From: an uncultured Actinomycetes bacterium
Lineage (GTDB): Bacteria > Actinomycetota > Thermoleophilia > Solirubrobacterales > Solirubrobacteraceae
DNA: 64,000 bases
Direction of reading: 5' to 3'
Assembly (NCBI GenBank): GCA_963787935.1
Contig: CAWBEV010000002.1
Coordinates: forward strand, 4,563 to 68,562
This document shows, in pieces, positions 44,770 to 55,952 of this stretch; position 1 is the stretch's first letter; each line of letters begins with the position of its first letter. The position numbers were made by a program, and so were the translations under genes. The notes under the pieces are model-generated. The model searched no databases. It saw only the letters and a list, made by a program, of their open reading frames with translations, and was not told the DNA's origin.

Positions 44770-45794
44770 TCAGCCGGCCTTCTTCGCGCGGCTCGGCTGG
44801 ACCCGCTGCGGCTCACCCGGCTGCTTGGCGAAGTTCGGCGGCCACGGCGCGTCGCCGAGCCCCTCCTCCTCGTCGCGGCGCGCGAGATCGAGCAGCGGCA
44901 TGAGATCGTGGTGCGACGTCGTCGATCTGCGCGAGCGGGTCGCCGACTGCTCGGCGAGCCGCGCGGGCACGGTGAAGAACGTGAGGTCCGCAGGCTCGAC
45001 GTCCGGCACCTCGTCCCAGCGCAGCCCGCAGGAGACGCGCGCGTCCGGGCACCGGGCGCACGCTGTACGCGCTCGCGACCGTGCGGTCGCGCGCGTTCTG
45101 GTTGTAGTCGAGGAAGACGCCGACGCGCTCCTCCTTCCACCACTTCGAGGTCGCCTTCCCCGGCATCCGGCGCTCGACCTCGCGCGCGAGCGCGAGCGCC
45201 GCGCGGCGCACCTCGGTGAAGTCCCAGCGCGGCTCGATCCGCACGTTGACGTGGATGCCGCGCGAGCCGCTCGTCTTCGGGAAGCCGCGCATGCCCGTGC
45301 TCGCTCGAGCACGTCCTGCACGGTCATCGCGACCTCGCGCACGACCTCGAAGCCGACGCCCTCGGACGGGTCGAGGTCCACGCGCAGCTCGTCGGGATGG
45401 TCGAGGTCGGCGCGCCGCACCGCCCACGGGTTCCAGTCGATGTTGTTGAGGTTCGTCGCCCACGCGAGGTGCGCCGCGTCGACCGGGACGAGCTCGTGCG
45501 CGCTGCGGCCCGACGGGAAGCGTGACGGTCGCGGTCTGCAGCCACGGCGGCGGCGACTGCACGCGCTTGTTGAAGAACGGCTTGCCGGTGATCCCCGTGT
45601 TCCAGCGCTTGAGCACGGTCGGGCGCTCGCGCACGCCGAGCAGCACCGCGTCGGCGTGCTCGACGTAGAACCGCACGAGGTCGAGCTTCGTGATCGCCGG
45701 CCGCCCGCCGTGCGCGGGGAACAGCTCCTTCGACGGGCTCGTGACGCGCACGTCGCGGCCCGCCGCCTCGATGGTGGTCTCCTCGCTTGGCCAT
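44770..45794 (-). pseudogene. LigD-type primase-polymerase domain protein (stand-alone PolDom / Prim-PolC-like), frame broken several times
   Basis: ETTIEAAGRDVRVTSPSKELFP...DLVRFYVEHADAVLLGVRERPTVLKRW...GKPFFNKR and GFPKTSGSRGIHVNVRIEP...VFLDYNQNARDRTVASAYSVRP (ORF 44813..45841). NLNNIDWNPW...HPDELRVDLDP (ORF 44770..45972). Confidence 0.82.
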
Positions 45795-45816
45795 CGCGCT
45801 GCGAGGATGACGCACC

Positions 45817-46858
45817 GTGAACGCCGCGCAAACCCCCGCAACGCCGATCACGGACGAGCGCCCGGTGCTCGTCGCCCCCGACGCGCTTCAAGGGCACGCT
45901 GCGCGCGAGCGCGGTCGCGGCGGCGATCGGGCGCGGCCTCGAGCGCGCCGGGCTCGTACCGCCCGACCTCATGCCGCGTCGCCGACGGCGGCGAGGGCAC
46001 GCTCGAGGTGCTGCTGCCGCGCGCTCGGCGGGGAGACCGCGCGGCGCCGACGGTGCGCGACGCCGCTCGGCGCGCCGTCACCGTGTCGGGCTTCGGGCTG
46101 CTCGAGGGCGGCGACGGCGCACTCGTCGAGACGGCGCAGGCGAGCGGGCTCGGGCTGCTCGATCCGAGGACGAGCGCGACGCCGAGGCCGCGACGACGCC
46201 ACGGCGCGGGCGACGCTGATCGCTCGCGGCGATCGACGCGGGCGCCGAGGTCGTGTTCGTCGCCGTCGGCGGCAGCGCCACGACGGACGGCGGCGCGGGC
46301 GCGATCGAGGCGATCGAGGACGGCGGCGGGCTGCGCGGCGCACGGCTCGTCGTGCTGTGCGACGTGCGCACGCGCTTCGAGGACGCGCGCGGCGCGATTC
46401 GGCCCGCAGAAGGGCGCGGACCCGCCGGCGGTGCGGCGCCTGGAGCGCCGCCTCGACCGGCTCGCCGAGACGCTGGCCGCGCGACCCGCGCGGCATGCCG
46501 CTGACGCGGCGCCGCCGGCGGCCTGTCCGGCGGCCTGTGGGCGACGCTACGACGCGGAGCTGCAAGCCGGGCGCGCGGTTCGTGCTCGACGCACTCGACG
46601 CCGGCCCGCGGATGCGCGCGGCGCGCGCGCTCGATCGTCGGCGAGGGCCGGCTCGACGCGACGACGCTCGAGGGCAAGGTCGCCGGGCGAGCTCGCCACC
46701 GATGCCCGCCAGGCGGGCGTGCCGTGTCATGCGATCGTCGGACAGGCCGCGCTCGATCTGTTCGAGCGGCGCATCATCGACCTGCAGACGGTGACGCGAG
46801 GCCACGACCCTCGCCGAGCTCGAGGCCGCGGCGGACCTCGCTCGCCGCGGAGCTCTAG
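45817..46858 (+). pseudogene. Glycerate kinase, frame broken many times; start approximate
   Basis: VLVAPDA..., VADGGEGTLEVLLP, GFGLLEGGDGALVETAQASGLGLL, FVAVGGSATTDGGAGAIEAI, FGPQKGADPPAVRRLERRL, GVPCHAIVGQ are scattered over three plus frames. Confidence 0.75.
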
Positions 46859-46869
46859 GCTCGGCGGCC

Positions 46870-48454
46870 ATGGCGCACTCCTCGAAGGCGCCGTCGGCGC
46901 TCGTCGTCGGCGGCGGCCACAACGGCCTCGTCGCGGCGACGCTGCTCGCGCGCGCGGGCGTCGCGGTCACGGTGCTCGAGCGGCTGCGACCGAGCTCGGC
47001 GGCGCCGCGGTCTCCGAGCGGCCGTTCGCGGGCGTCGACGTGCGGCTCTCGCGTTACGCCTACCTCGTCAGCCTGTTCCCGCCGTGCGCTGGCCGACGAG
47101 CTCGGGATCGACGCTGCGCCTGCGGCGCCGGACGATCTCCTCGTACACCCCGAGCGGGGACGGCGGCCTGCTCGTCGACGCGGCCGATCCGTCGCGCACC
47201 GCCGCTTCGATGCGCCGCGTCACCGGCCGACGCGGACGCCTACGCCGCGTGGACCGCGTTCTACGCGGACGCGTCGGCGCACTCGCCGCGCGCGCTCGCG
47301 CCGACGCTGCTCGACCCGCTGCGCTCGCGCGCCGAGCTGCGCGCGCTCGCCGCCGACGACGACGCTCTGGGAGGCGCTCGTCGAGCGCCCGCTCGGCGAG
47401 GTGCTCGACGCGACCTTCGCGGACGACCTCGTGCGCGGCATCGTCCTGACCGATGGCCTGATCGGGACGTTCGCCCGCGCCCACGAGCCGGATCTGCGCC
47501 AGAACCGCTGCTTCCTCTACCACGTGATCGGCAATGGCACCGGCGACTGGGACGTCCCGGTCGGCGGGATGGGCGCGGTCAGCTCCGCGCTCGAGCAGGC
47601 CGCGCGCGCAGCCGGCGCCGAGCTGCGCACCGGCGCGGAGGTGATCACGCTCGACGCGGACGGGGCGCGGGCCCGCGCCGACCTCGCCGACGGGACGCGC
47701 GTCGAGGCCGACCACGTCGCTCTGCCGCGCTGGCGCCCGCGGTGCTCGACCGGCTGCTCGACCGCACCCCGGGCCCGGCGCCCGAGGGCGCGCAGCTGAA
47801 GGTCAACATGGTCCTCGAGCGCCTGCCGCGCCTGCGCGACCGCTCCGTCACGCCGCAGGAGGCGTTCGCCGGGACGCTGCACGTGAACGAGTCCGCGGCG
47901 CAGCTCGAGCGCGCCCACGCCGAGGCGGCCGCCGGGGACGTCCCGGCGCTGCCGCCGTGCGAGCTCTACTGCCACTCGCTCACCGACCCCTCGATCGTCG
48001 GCCCCGAGCTGCGCGCCCGCGGCGTGCAGACGCTGACGCTGTTCGGCCTGCAGCTCCCCGCGCGGCTGTTCGCCTGCAGACCACGACGCCGTCAAGGAGC
48101 GCGCCGTGCGCGCGACACTCGCCTCGCTCGACGCCGTCCTCGCCGAGCCGATCGAGGGCTGCCTGCTGCGTGCGCCCGACGGCTCCCGCTGCCTCGAGGC
48201 GCAAGACGCCGGTCGAGCTCGAGCACGAGCTCGCGCTGCCCGGCGGCCACATCTTCCACCGCGACCTGCGCTGGCCGTTCGCCGAGGACGAGGGCGAGGT
48301 CGGGAGCTGGGGCGCGGAGACGGACGTCGCGAACGTCTGGCTCGGCGGCGCGGGCGCGCGCCGCGGTGGCGGCGTCAGCGGGATCCCCGGCCACCACGCC
48401 GCGCGCGCCGTGCTCGCGGCGCTCACCCGAAACCCCGTCGCGGCTACCGGGTAG
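46870..48454 (+). pseudogene. Phytoene-desaturase-family NAD(P)/FAD-dependent oxidoreductase (CrtI-like), frame broken many times
   Basis: ALVVGGGHNGLVAATLLARAGVAVTVLER (dinucleotide fold), LGGAAVSERPFAGVDVRLSRYAYLVSLFP, YHVIGNGTGDWDVPVGGMGAVSSALEQAA, LYCHSLTDPS, LPGGHIFHRDLRWPF, GGGVSGIPGHHAARAVL. Confidence 0.75.
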
Positions 48455-48464
48455 TTCGCGCGCG

Positions 48465-49542
48465 ATGGCCGACCGCTCGCGCCCGCCGTTCGCGCGCGCC
48501 GCGCCCGCGGCGCGCCGTCGTCGTGGGCGCCGGCTCGTTCGGCACGGCCGTCGCCGTCCTGCTCGACGCGCGGCGGGCTGCGCACCACGCTGCAGACCCG
48601 CACGCCCGAGCAGGCCGAGCGGCTGCGCGCCGCTCGCGAGAACGCGAGTACCTGCCGGGCGTGACGCTCCCGCCGGAGCTGCGCATCGAGGCCGCCGACG
48701 CCGGCCTCGCGCGGGCCGACCTCGTCTTCCTCGCCGTGCCCTCGCGCGGCCTCGACGAGGTGATCGCCGACGCTGCCCGGCGCGCGGGCTCGAGCCGCGC
48801 GCGGCCGTCGTCTCGCTCGCCAAGGGCCTCGTGCCGCCGGACGGCCGCCCGCCGTCGCACGCTGCTCGCGAGCTCTTCGGGGCCGGCCGCGTCGCCGTCG
48901 TCGGCGGCCCGGCCCACGCGCGCGAGATGGTCACGCGAGGGCGCCGGGCTCGTCGCCGCCTCCGACGAGCGAGGAGCTCGCGCGCATCGATCGCGCGGAC
49001 GTTCACCGCGCGGGCGTCGTCTGCGAGGAGTCGAGCGACCCGGTCGGCGTCGAGCTCGCGGGCGCCGCGAAGAACGCGGCCGCGCTCGCGAGCGGCGCGA
49101 CCGAGGGCCAGGGCCTGAACGCCGCGGGCGGCGCGGCGGGCCACATCTTCGCCGAGGTCTGGCGCTACGCCGAGGCGCAGGGCGCGCGCCCGGAGTCGAT
49201 GATCGGCCTGGCGGGCACGGGCGACCTCGTCGCGACCGCGCTCGCCGCGGGCAGCCGCAACCGCCGCGCCGGCGAGCTGCTCGCCGCAGGGCGTCCCGGC
49301 GGCCCGAGATCCCGGAGCGGATCGGACAGGCGGTCGAGTCGCTCGATCTCGTGCCGCTGCTCGCCCGCGCGCTCGAGCGCGCCGGCGTCGAGGCGCCGGT
49401 CACGAGCGGCCTCGCGCGGCTGATCTCCGGCGAGCTGCCGCTCGACGACTGGGTCGCGCTCGTGCGCACCACCGTCCCGCCCGCCGCGCGCTGGCGCCGC
49501 TCGTGCGCCCCGGGTTCTGGAGGCGGCTGTGGGCGCGCGTGA
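48465..49542 (+). pseudogene. gpsA: NAD(P)H-dependent glycerol-3-phosphate dehydrogenase, frame broken; ends approximate
   Basis: VVVGAGSFGTAVAVLL, EYLPGVTLPPELRIE, DLVFLAVPS, VVSLAKGL, GGPAHAREM, NAAALASGATEGQGLNAAGAAAGHIFAEVW, LAGTGDLVATA, GQAVESLDLVPLL in alternating frames. Confidence 0.8.
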
Positions 49543-49574
49543 CGCTCGCCGCCGCCGCGAGCGCCGCCGCCGGC

Positions 49575-50318
49575 TCAGCCCGCCGCCGTCGTGAGGACGG
49601 CGCGGGCGTGCCGGCGCGGCCTGCGCGGCGCTGAGCGCGCCCGGCGGCGAGCTCGACGACGAACGACGAGCCCGCGGCGACGCGCTCGTTCGTCCAGCGC
49701 GACAGCGACCCCGGGTAGTGCCGGGAGCGGGCGCACGCGCAGGCCGACGCGCCGCGCGTAGCGGCGCGCGCGCGCCGTCCCAGCCCGCGCTCGGGGACGT
49801 CGACGCCGCGCGAGCGGCTGGTGGTACCAGACGACGAGCTGCGGGCGCTCGCGCAGGAGCAGCGCGCGGATCGCCCGCGACTCGGGCTCCGAGAACGGCG
49901 CGCGCCCCGAGTAGTACCGGCGCGCCGCGCGCGCCCAGGTGGCGCCAGCCCTCGCGACGCGTTGCGGTTGAGGTCCACGCCGCGCGCGTTCTGGCGCGTC
50001 CCGTGCGCGCAGCCCGTCCGGGTTGAGGTTGCGGACGAGCAGCAGCCGCAGGCCGCGCGAGCGCGGCCGCGTCGCTCTGCGCGAGCCGGTCGACGATCGC
50101 GCGCCCGGCGCACTCGTCGCCGTGGACGCACCCGACGACGAGGACGGTCCGGCGTCGCGCCCGGGTCGCCGAGGCGCACCAGCCCGATCGGGCGGCCCTC
50201 GACCGAGCGGCCGATGCGTCTCGCGCGGCCGGCGCCGCCGCCGGGCGCCGCGGCGCCGCGAGCGCCGCGCGAGCAGCGAGCGCCGGCGCCAGCAGCGCGC
50301 ACGCTCCCGCGCGCGCAT
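49575..50318 (-). pseudogene. M14-family zinc carboxypeptidase-like peptidase (secreted), frame broken
   Basis: [14 protein letters not shown] (HxxE zinc motif), [65 protein letters not shown] spread over the three minus frames. Confidence 0.7.
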
Positions 50319-51140
50319 CAGCGCCCGGCGCTCCGCCAGCGTGCCGACGACCGCCTCGTAGACGCCGGCGCCGTGCGCGCCCTCGGTGACCGCGACGTTG
50401 CGGTGGCCGGCGAGCGCGTCGCGCAGGCTCGGGTCGCGCTCGAGCGCGTTGGCGACGAGCCAGAAGGCGCCGACGGTGCGCGGCGACGCCGAGATCCTCG
50501 CGCGAGTCGCCGATCGCGACGCAGTCCGCCGGCGCGTAGCCGCGCATCCGCTGGTGGGCCGCGACGGCGTTCGCCTTCGAGACGCCGCGCGGGCGCAGGT
50601 GGTAGGCGTGGACCTCGGGCAGCGCGGCGAGCGCGGGCGAGCGGCGGCGCACCGCGCCGTTGTCGGTCAGCTCGAGGCCCTCGTGGCCGTGCTCGGCGAG
50701 CAGCGCGTTGGCCTCCTCGGTGTCGACGAGGCCGCGCAGCAGATGGCGAGACCTCGCGCCCGGTGTGCCACGGGCGCGTGCTCCTCCAGGCAGCCGCTGT
50801 ACTCCTCGAGCAGCAGCTGCGGCGCGCCGGACGTCGGCGATCTGCTCGTGGATCGTGCGCCCGCTCGGGCTGCCACGCGCCGGTCAGCCAGTGCGTCTCG
50901 CCCTCGAGCACGACGCCGGCCCCGATCTCGAAGATGCACGAGCCCTGGCCGAACAGCCGCGCGTCCTCGACCGCCGATGTCGCGCCGGCGGCCCGACATG
51001 ACGACGACCTCGACGTCCGCGCGCAGGCACGCCTCGAGCGCGCGCGCGCCGAGCAGCGAGACCTCGCCGTCGGCGCCCGCGAACAGCCCGCCGCCCGGGC
51101 CGAGCAGCGTCCCGTCCATGTCGACGTACAGGCAGCGCAC
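50318..51140 (-). pseudogene. HAD-superfamily hydrolase (Cof/HAD-IIB-like), frame broken; 3' end approximate
   Basis: [17 protein letters not shown] (DxDGT) from GTG 51140, [55 protein letters not shown] in different minus frames. Confidence 0.65.
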
Positions 51141-51189
51141 CGCCCCGAGGGTAGCCGCGCCGCCGCGATCGCGCGCCGCCCGCCTACGC

Positions 51190-53505
51190 ATGGCCTCGTG
51201 GCCGTCACCCGCGAGACCGAGCCCTGGAGCGCGCTGCTCGACACGGGCCGCGAGGACGGCCGGCTCGTGCGCGAGGCGTTCGAGGGCGCGCGCGAGCCGA
51301 CGTTCGCCGACGTCCCGCGCGACCTGCATCCCGAAGCTCCGCGGCGCGCTCGCGGCGCGCGGGCATCGAGCGCCTCTACGCGCACCAGGCGGCGGCGCTC
51401 GAGGCCGCCTGGGACGGCCCGACGATCGTCACGACCGGCACGGCGTCCGGCAAGTCGCTGTGCTTCCAGCTGCCGACGCTCGAGACGCTGCTCGCGCGAC
51501 CCGCACGCCCGGGCGCTCTACCTCTACCCGACGAAGGCGCTCGCGCAGGACCAGGCGCGCGCGCTGCACGCGCTTCGGGCTGCACAAGGAGCTGCGCCCG
51601 GCGATCTACGACGGCGACACGCCGCGCGAGGAGCGCGCGGCGATCCGCAAGCGCTCGAACCTCATCCTCACGAACCCCGACATGCTCCACGTCGGGATCC
51701 TGCCCAACCACCGCGCGCTGGGCGCGACCTGTTCGCGAACCTCGCGATCGTCGTCGTCGACGAGGCGCACGTCTACCGCGGCGTGTTCGGCAGCCACGTC
51801 GCGAACGTCCTGCGCCGGCTGCGGCGGATCGCCGACGCCTACGGCACGACGCCGCGCATCCTGCTGGCCAGCGCGACGATCGCCAACCCCGTCGAGCTCG
51901 CCGAGCGGCTGACCGGGCCTCGACGACGTCGCGCTCGTCGACGAGGACGGCTCGCCGGGCGCGCGGCGCCAGATCGCGATGTGGAACCCGCCGCTCGAGG
52001 ACGAGGCGCTGCAGACCCGCCGCAGCGTGCTCGCCGAGGCCGCCGAGCTCGTCGCCGAGCTCGTGCGCGAGGGCGCGCGCACGATCTGCTTCATGAAGTC
52101 GCGCAAGGGCGTCGAGCTCGTCGCGAAGCTCGCCGCCGACGAGCTCGACGCGCAGCGGCGAACCGCGAGCTCGCCGAGCGCGTCGCCGCCTACCGCGCCG
52201 GCTACACGCCCCAGCAGCGGCGCGAGCTCGAGCGACGGCTCGATCGAGCGGCGAGCTGCTCGCCGTCGTGACGACCGACGCGCTCGAGCTCGGGATCGAC
52301 ATCGGCGCGCTCGACGCCGCGGTCTGCGTGACGTTCCCGGGGACCGTCGCCTCGCTGCGCCAGATGTGGGGCCGCGCCGGGCGCCGCGGCCGCGGGCTGG
52401 CGGTCTACGTCGCCGGCGAGGACGCGCTCGACCAGTTCTTCTGCCGCCACCCCGACGAGTTCCTCGAGCGGCCGGTCGAGGCGGCGATCCTCGACTACGA
52501 GAACGAGCCGATCCACCTCGCCGCACCTGCTGTGCGCCGCGCACGAGGGACCGATCGACCCGGACGCCGACGCCGCGACGCTCGGCCCGCGCGTGCGCGC
52601 GCACTGCGAGGCGCTGGCCGCGCAGGGCACTGCTCGTCGAGCGCCGCGGCGCGTTCACGCTGCGCGCCCCGGAGGACTTCCCGGCCGCACGCGTCTCGCT
52701 GCGCTCGGCCTCGCCGGACGCCGTCCAGGTCGTCGACGTCGCGCAGGGCGAGCTGCTCGGCACCGTCGAGCTCGCGCGCGCCTGCTCGACGGTCCACGAC
52801 GGCGCCGTCTACCTGCACCTGGGCCGCTCCTACGAGGTGCGCGAGCTCGACCTCGAGCTGCGGCGCGCGCTCGTCGAGCCGTTCACCGGCGACTGGTACA
52901 CGCAGCCCAAGCGCGAGACCGACACCGAGCATCGAGCGCCTGCTCGACCGGCGCGAGACGCTGCGGCGTGACGCTGAGCTTCGGCGACGGTCACCGTCAG
53001 CGAGCAGGTGCTCGCCTACCAGCGCAAGCAGCTCGCCCGACCACGAGGTGCTCGACCTCAGCGCGCTCGACCTGCCGCGGACCGAGTTCTCGCACGCAGG
53101 CGCTCTGGTACGAGCTCGGCGACGACGTGCTCGGCGACGCTGCCGCTCGAGGTCGCTGCTCGGCGCGCTGCACGCGACCGAGCACGCGCAGATCGCGGTG
53201 CTGCCGCTGCTGGCGATGTGCGACCGCTGGGACATCGGCGGCCTCTCGACGAACGCGCACCCGCAGACCGGCGGCCCGACGATCTTCATCTACGACGGCC
53301 ACCCCGGCGGCGTCGGCATCACGCGCCAGGGCTTCCTGCGCTTCGAGGAGCTCGTCGCGCGACGCGCACGCGGCTGATCGCCGAGTGCCCGTGCGAGAGC
53401 GGCTGCCCGTCGTGCGTGCAGTCGCCGAAGTGCGGCAACCTCAACGAGCCGCTGCACAAGGCCGGCGCGCTCGCCGCGCTCGGCGCGATGCTCGCCGCCG
53501 GCTGA
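51190..53505 (+). pseudogene. DEAD/DEAH-box helicase with C-terminal DUF1998/MZB zinc module (MrfA/YprA-like), frame broken at least 10 times
   Basis: [34 protein letters not shown] (motif I), [40 protein letters not shown] (DEAH), [41 protein letters not shown] (motif VI), then [26 protein letters not shown]...[19 protein letters not shown] (four-Cys). Confidence 0.85.
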
Positions 53506-53520
53506 CCGGCCGCAGCCGTC

Positions 53521-53868
53521 TCAGCGGACGACGACCGACATCTTCATGCCGGGCGCGTGCAGCGCGCAGACGATGCGATACGTCCCGCGGCGGTCGAACC
53601 GATGGCGGAACCGCCCGCCGTGCCGGATCGGCGCGGAGAACCGCTCGGGACCGGACCGCACGTTCAGCCCGTGCGACTGGCGCGCGCGCCACACCCATGT
53701 GACCGTCACGCCTGCGTGGAGGCGAACGCTCGGGCGATCGACCCCGCGCACGAACGCGTTGTCCACGATGAACACGGTCGGCCCGCCGGCTCCTCCCGCC
53801 GCGGGGGCCAGCGCCCCGAGCGCGCCGCCGCAGAGCACCGCGGTGAGGACGAGTCGCCGGACGCTCAC
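53521..53868 (-). CDS. Secreted cupredoxin-like (type-1 copper) protein
   Basis: Intact 115 aa. Signal MSVRRLVLTAVLCGGALGALAPAAG, SHGLNV (His ligand) and YRIVCALHAPGMKM (C-x2-H-x3-M copper site). Start overlaps the upstream stop. Confidence 0.72.
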   Translation of the reverse strand: MSVRRLVLTAVLCGGALGALAPAAGGAGGPTVFIVDNAFVRGVDRPSVRLHAGVTVTWVWRARQSHGLNVRSGPERFSAPIRHGGRFRHRFDRRGTYRIVCALHAPGMKMSVVVR

Positions 53869-55781
53869 TTCGGCACCTCGTACGCGGCGGCGGTGGAGCT
53901 GACGAGCCGGGTGGTCTGCCGCACGAGGTCGCGGACGAACACCCCGCGGGTGTCGTCGCGCTTGGCCGCATCGAGGTTGCCCGCGATCGACGCGAACGCG
54001 ACGCGATCGCCGGCGGCCGAGATCGAGGAATCGTCCGACCAGCGGTTCGCCGCGGCCCCCGCGGCGCCGCTCGCGCGGCTGACGAGCGTCAGCGCGCCCG
54101 TCGCCGCCGTCCAGGCCATGACGCTCGCGCGGGGGCCGCGCACGGCGGTGAACACGACCACCGTGCCGCCGTCGGCGACCTCGGGATCGAGCGGCAGCGC
54201 GGACCCGGTCGGGATCGAGACGGTGCGCCCGGTCCCGAGGTCACGCAGGAACAGCCCGATCGAACCGTGGCGGCGCCCGAGGTTCGGCGCGTCGGAGGTG
54301 AAGGCGACCCAGCGCCCGTCGCGCGAGATCGACGGATCCGCGGAGAAGCCGTTCGCGACGGCACCCTCCGCGCCGGTCGCCCGGCTCACGGTGGTCGTGG
54401 TCCCGCCGCGCAGGTCGCGCAGCCGGACGCTCGAGGTTCCGCTGCGCGGGTCGGCGACGCGCCCGGACGCGAGCGTGTAGACGATCCGCGATCCGTCGCC
54501 CGAGACGCGCGGTTCATACGGGTCGGCGTACGTCGCCCCACCGGCCGGCCGGCCGGCCGCGACGGGGACCTCGGCGCCGTCCGGGAGATCACGCGCGAGC
54601 ACGGTCGTCCGCGCGTCGCGCACGGCCTGGAACACGATGCGCGAGCCGTCGGCGGCGAGTTCGGGGTTGTACGCGGACTGCGAATCGCCGTCCTCGGCAC
54701 GGGCGCGCTCGACGCTCGTCGTCGAGACGTGCGACAGGTCGCACAGCAGCACGCCGATCCGGCCGTAGCGCTTGGCGAAGTTCTGGTTGCCCGCCGCCGA
54801 CTCGTACGCGACGAGCCCCCCGTCGCCCGAGATCGTCGCGTTGTACGCGGAGCTCGGCTGCGGCCCCAGCTCACCGGGCGGATCGATCGTGCTGAGCAGC
54901 GTGCTCGCCCCGGTCTCGAGATCCGCGCGCAGCACCGCGATCTCGCCGAGCTGAACGGCGAGCGGGAGCTTCTGCCGGTAGGACTCGTAGGCGACGTGCC
55001 GGCCGTCGGCCGAGATCGCCGGGTTCGACGCGTAGTCGCGCGGAACCGCGAGCAGGGCCCCGCCGTGCGTCGGCGGCGGCCCGTTGTAGCGCGCCTGGTC
55101 GAGCCAGCGCGGCAGCTGGCTCAGCTGCCGGCGGAGCAGCAGATCGGCCTGCGCGCGGGTCATCGCGCCGCCGCGGACGCCGGCGGCCGCGCGCTCGCGC
55201 AGGACGGCGATCGAGAGCGCCTCGACGCGACCCGGCGAGCGTCCGTGCAGTCGTGCGATCGCCAACGGGCTCAGCTCCGAGCGCCGCAACTCACGGAAGC
55301 GGGCGTCGGTCACCCCGAAGATCGTCGGCGCCTCGCTCGGGATCGCGAACTGGTGCAGCGAGTGGAAGAACACGTGCTGCGCGAGGTGCCCCTGGGTGAT
55401 CGTCCGCAGGGCGCGATCGCGGAGTTCGGCCGACCGCCGCGCCCCGACCCTCCGGGCCTCCGGCGCGACGAGCGCCGCCGCGAGGCGCTGCGCGGACCAG
55501 CCGCGCCGCTCGGCCAGCTGGCCGAGCGTGCGGCGGTCGTCGCGCAGCTGGCGCCACAAGTCGATCCGCCGGATCTTCAGGAGCCGGTACAGGCGGCCCT
55601 CGTCGTAGGGCAGCCAGTGGTTGTAGACCCACGGCTCGGGCGGCAGCCAGTGCGCCGGCGCGTTCGGGGGCGCCAGCGAGTCCGGCGACTGCGTGACGAT
55701 CCGCTTGGCTGCGGCCGGCGCGCTCGCCACGAGCGCGGCGAGAACGGCGACGGCCGCGAGCGCGGCACTCCTGCGTCCCAT
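53865..55781 (-). CDS. Secreted protein: unknown helical N-domain plus PD40/TolB-like beta-propeller repeats
   Basis: Intact 638 aa. Signal MGRRSAALAAVAVLAALVASAPAAA. Repeated S(A/G)DG(R/S)x(V/I)(A/V)(Y/F) blades (ISADGRHVAYES, ISGDGGLVAYES, LAADGSRIVFQA, VSGDGSRIVYTL, ISRDGRWVAFTS, ISAAGDRVAFAS). Confidence 0.75.
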   Translation of the reverse strand: MGRRSAALAAVAVLAALVASAPAAAKRIVTQSPDSLAPPNAPAHWLPPEPWVYNHWLPYDEGRLYRLLKIRRIDLWRQLRDDRRTLGQLAERRGWSAQRLAAALVAPEARRVGARRSAELRDRALRTITQGHLAQHVFFHSLHQFAIPSEAPTIFGVTDARFRELRRSELSPLAIARLHGRSPGRVEALSIAVLRERAAAGVRGGAMTRAQADLLLRRQLSQLPRWLDQARYNGPPPTHGGALLAVPRDYASNPAISADGRHVAYESYRQKLPLAVQLGEIAVLRADLETGASTLLSTIDPPGELGPQPSSAYNATISGDGGLVAYESAAGNQNFAKRYGRIGVLLCDLSHVSTTSVERARAEDGDSQSAYNPELAADGSRIVFQAVRDARTTVLARDLPDGAEVPVAAGRPAGGATYADPYEPRVSGDGSRIVYTLASGRVADPRSGTSSVRLRDLRGGTTTTVSRATGAEGAVANGFSADPSISRDGRWVAFTSDAPNLGRRHGSIGLFLRDLGTGRTVSIPTGSALPLDPEVADGGTVVVFTAVRGPRASVMAWTAATGALTLVSRASGAAGAAANRWSDDSSISAAGDRVAFASIAGNLDAAKRDDTRGVFVRDLVRQTTRLVSSTAAAYEVPK

Positions 55782-55952
55782 GCGGCGAAGCTACGGACGG
55801 GACCGGACGCTCGCATGCTCCGCCCGCGGGCGTCCCCGTGCAGCGCATCGGGTTTGTGCAGGTTTGCGGCGGTTCGCGCAACTTTCGAGCGCGAAGTCCG
55901 TGCAGGGGGTAGGACTCCGTGGACGACGCGCCGCGGCGGTCCGATCAATCAC

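Noticed and set aside
45690-49118. Very long composite ORFs: 45690..49118 (+), 2110..4014 (-), 35225..37216 (-), 54267..56948 (+, upstream part) and 17437..19089 (-).
   Set aside because: These are open frames produced by about 75 % GC. Their translations are Arg/Ala/Gly/Pro-rich, with only short in-frame islands of real protein sequence belonging to frame-broken or opposite-strand genes.
55782-55952. A possible c-di-AMP (ydaO-type) riboswitch in the 171-nt leader of the M23 peptidase gene, as is common upstream of actinobacterial cell-wall hydrolases.
   Set aside because: I could not find the conserved cores (GGGGACCCA, GGGGUGAAUC, CCGNCAGCUNACCUCGUA). Only a loose gcagggggtagg is present. 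A cmsearch with RF00379 would settle it.
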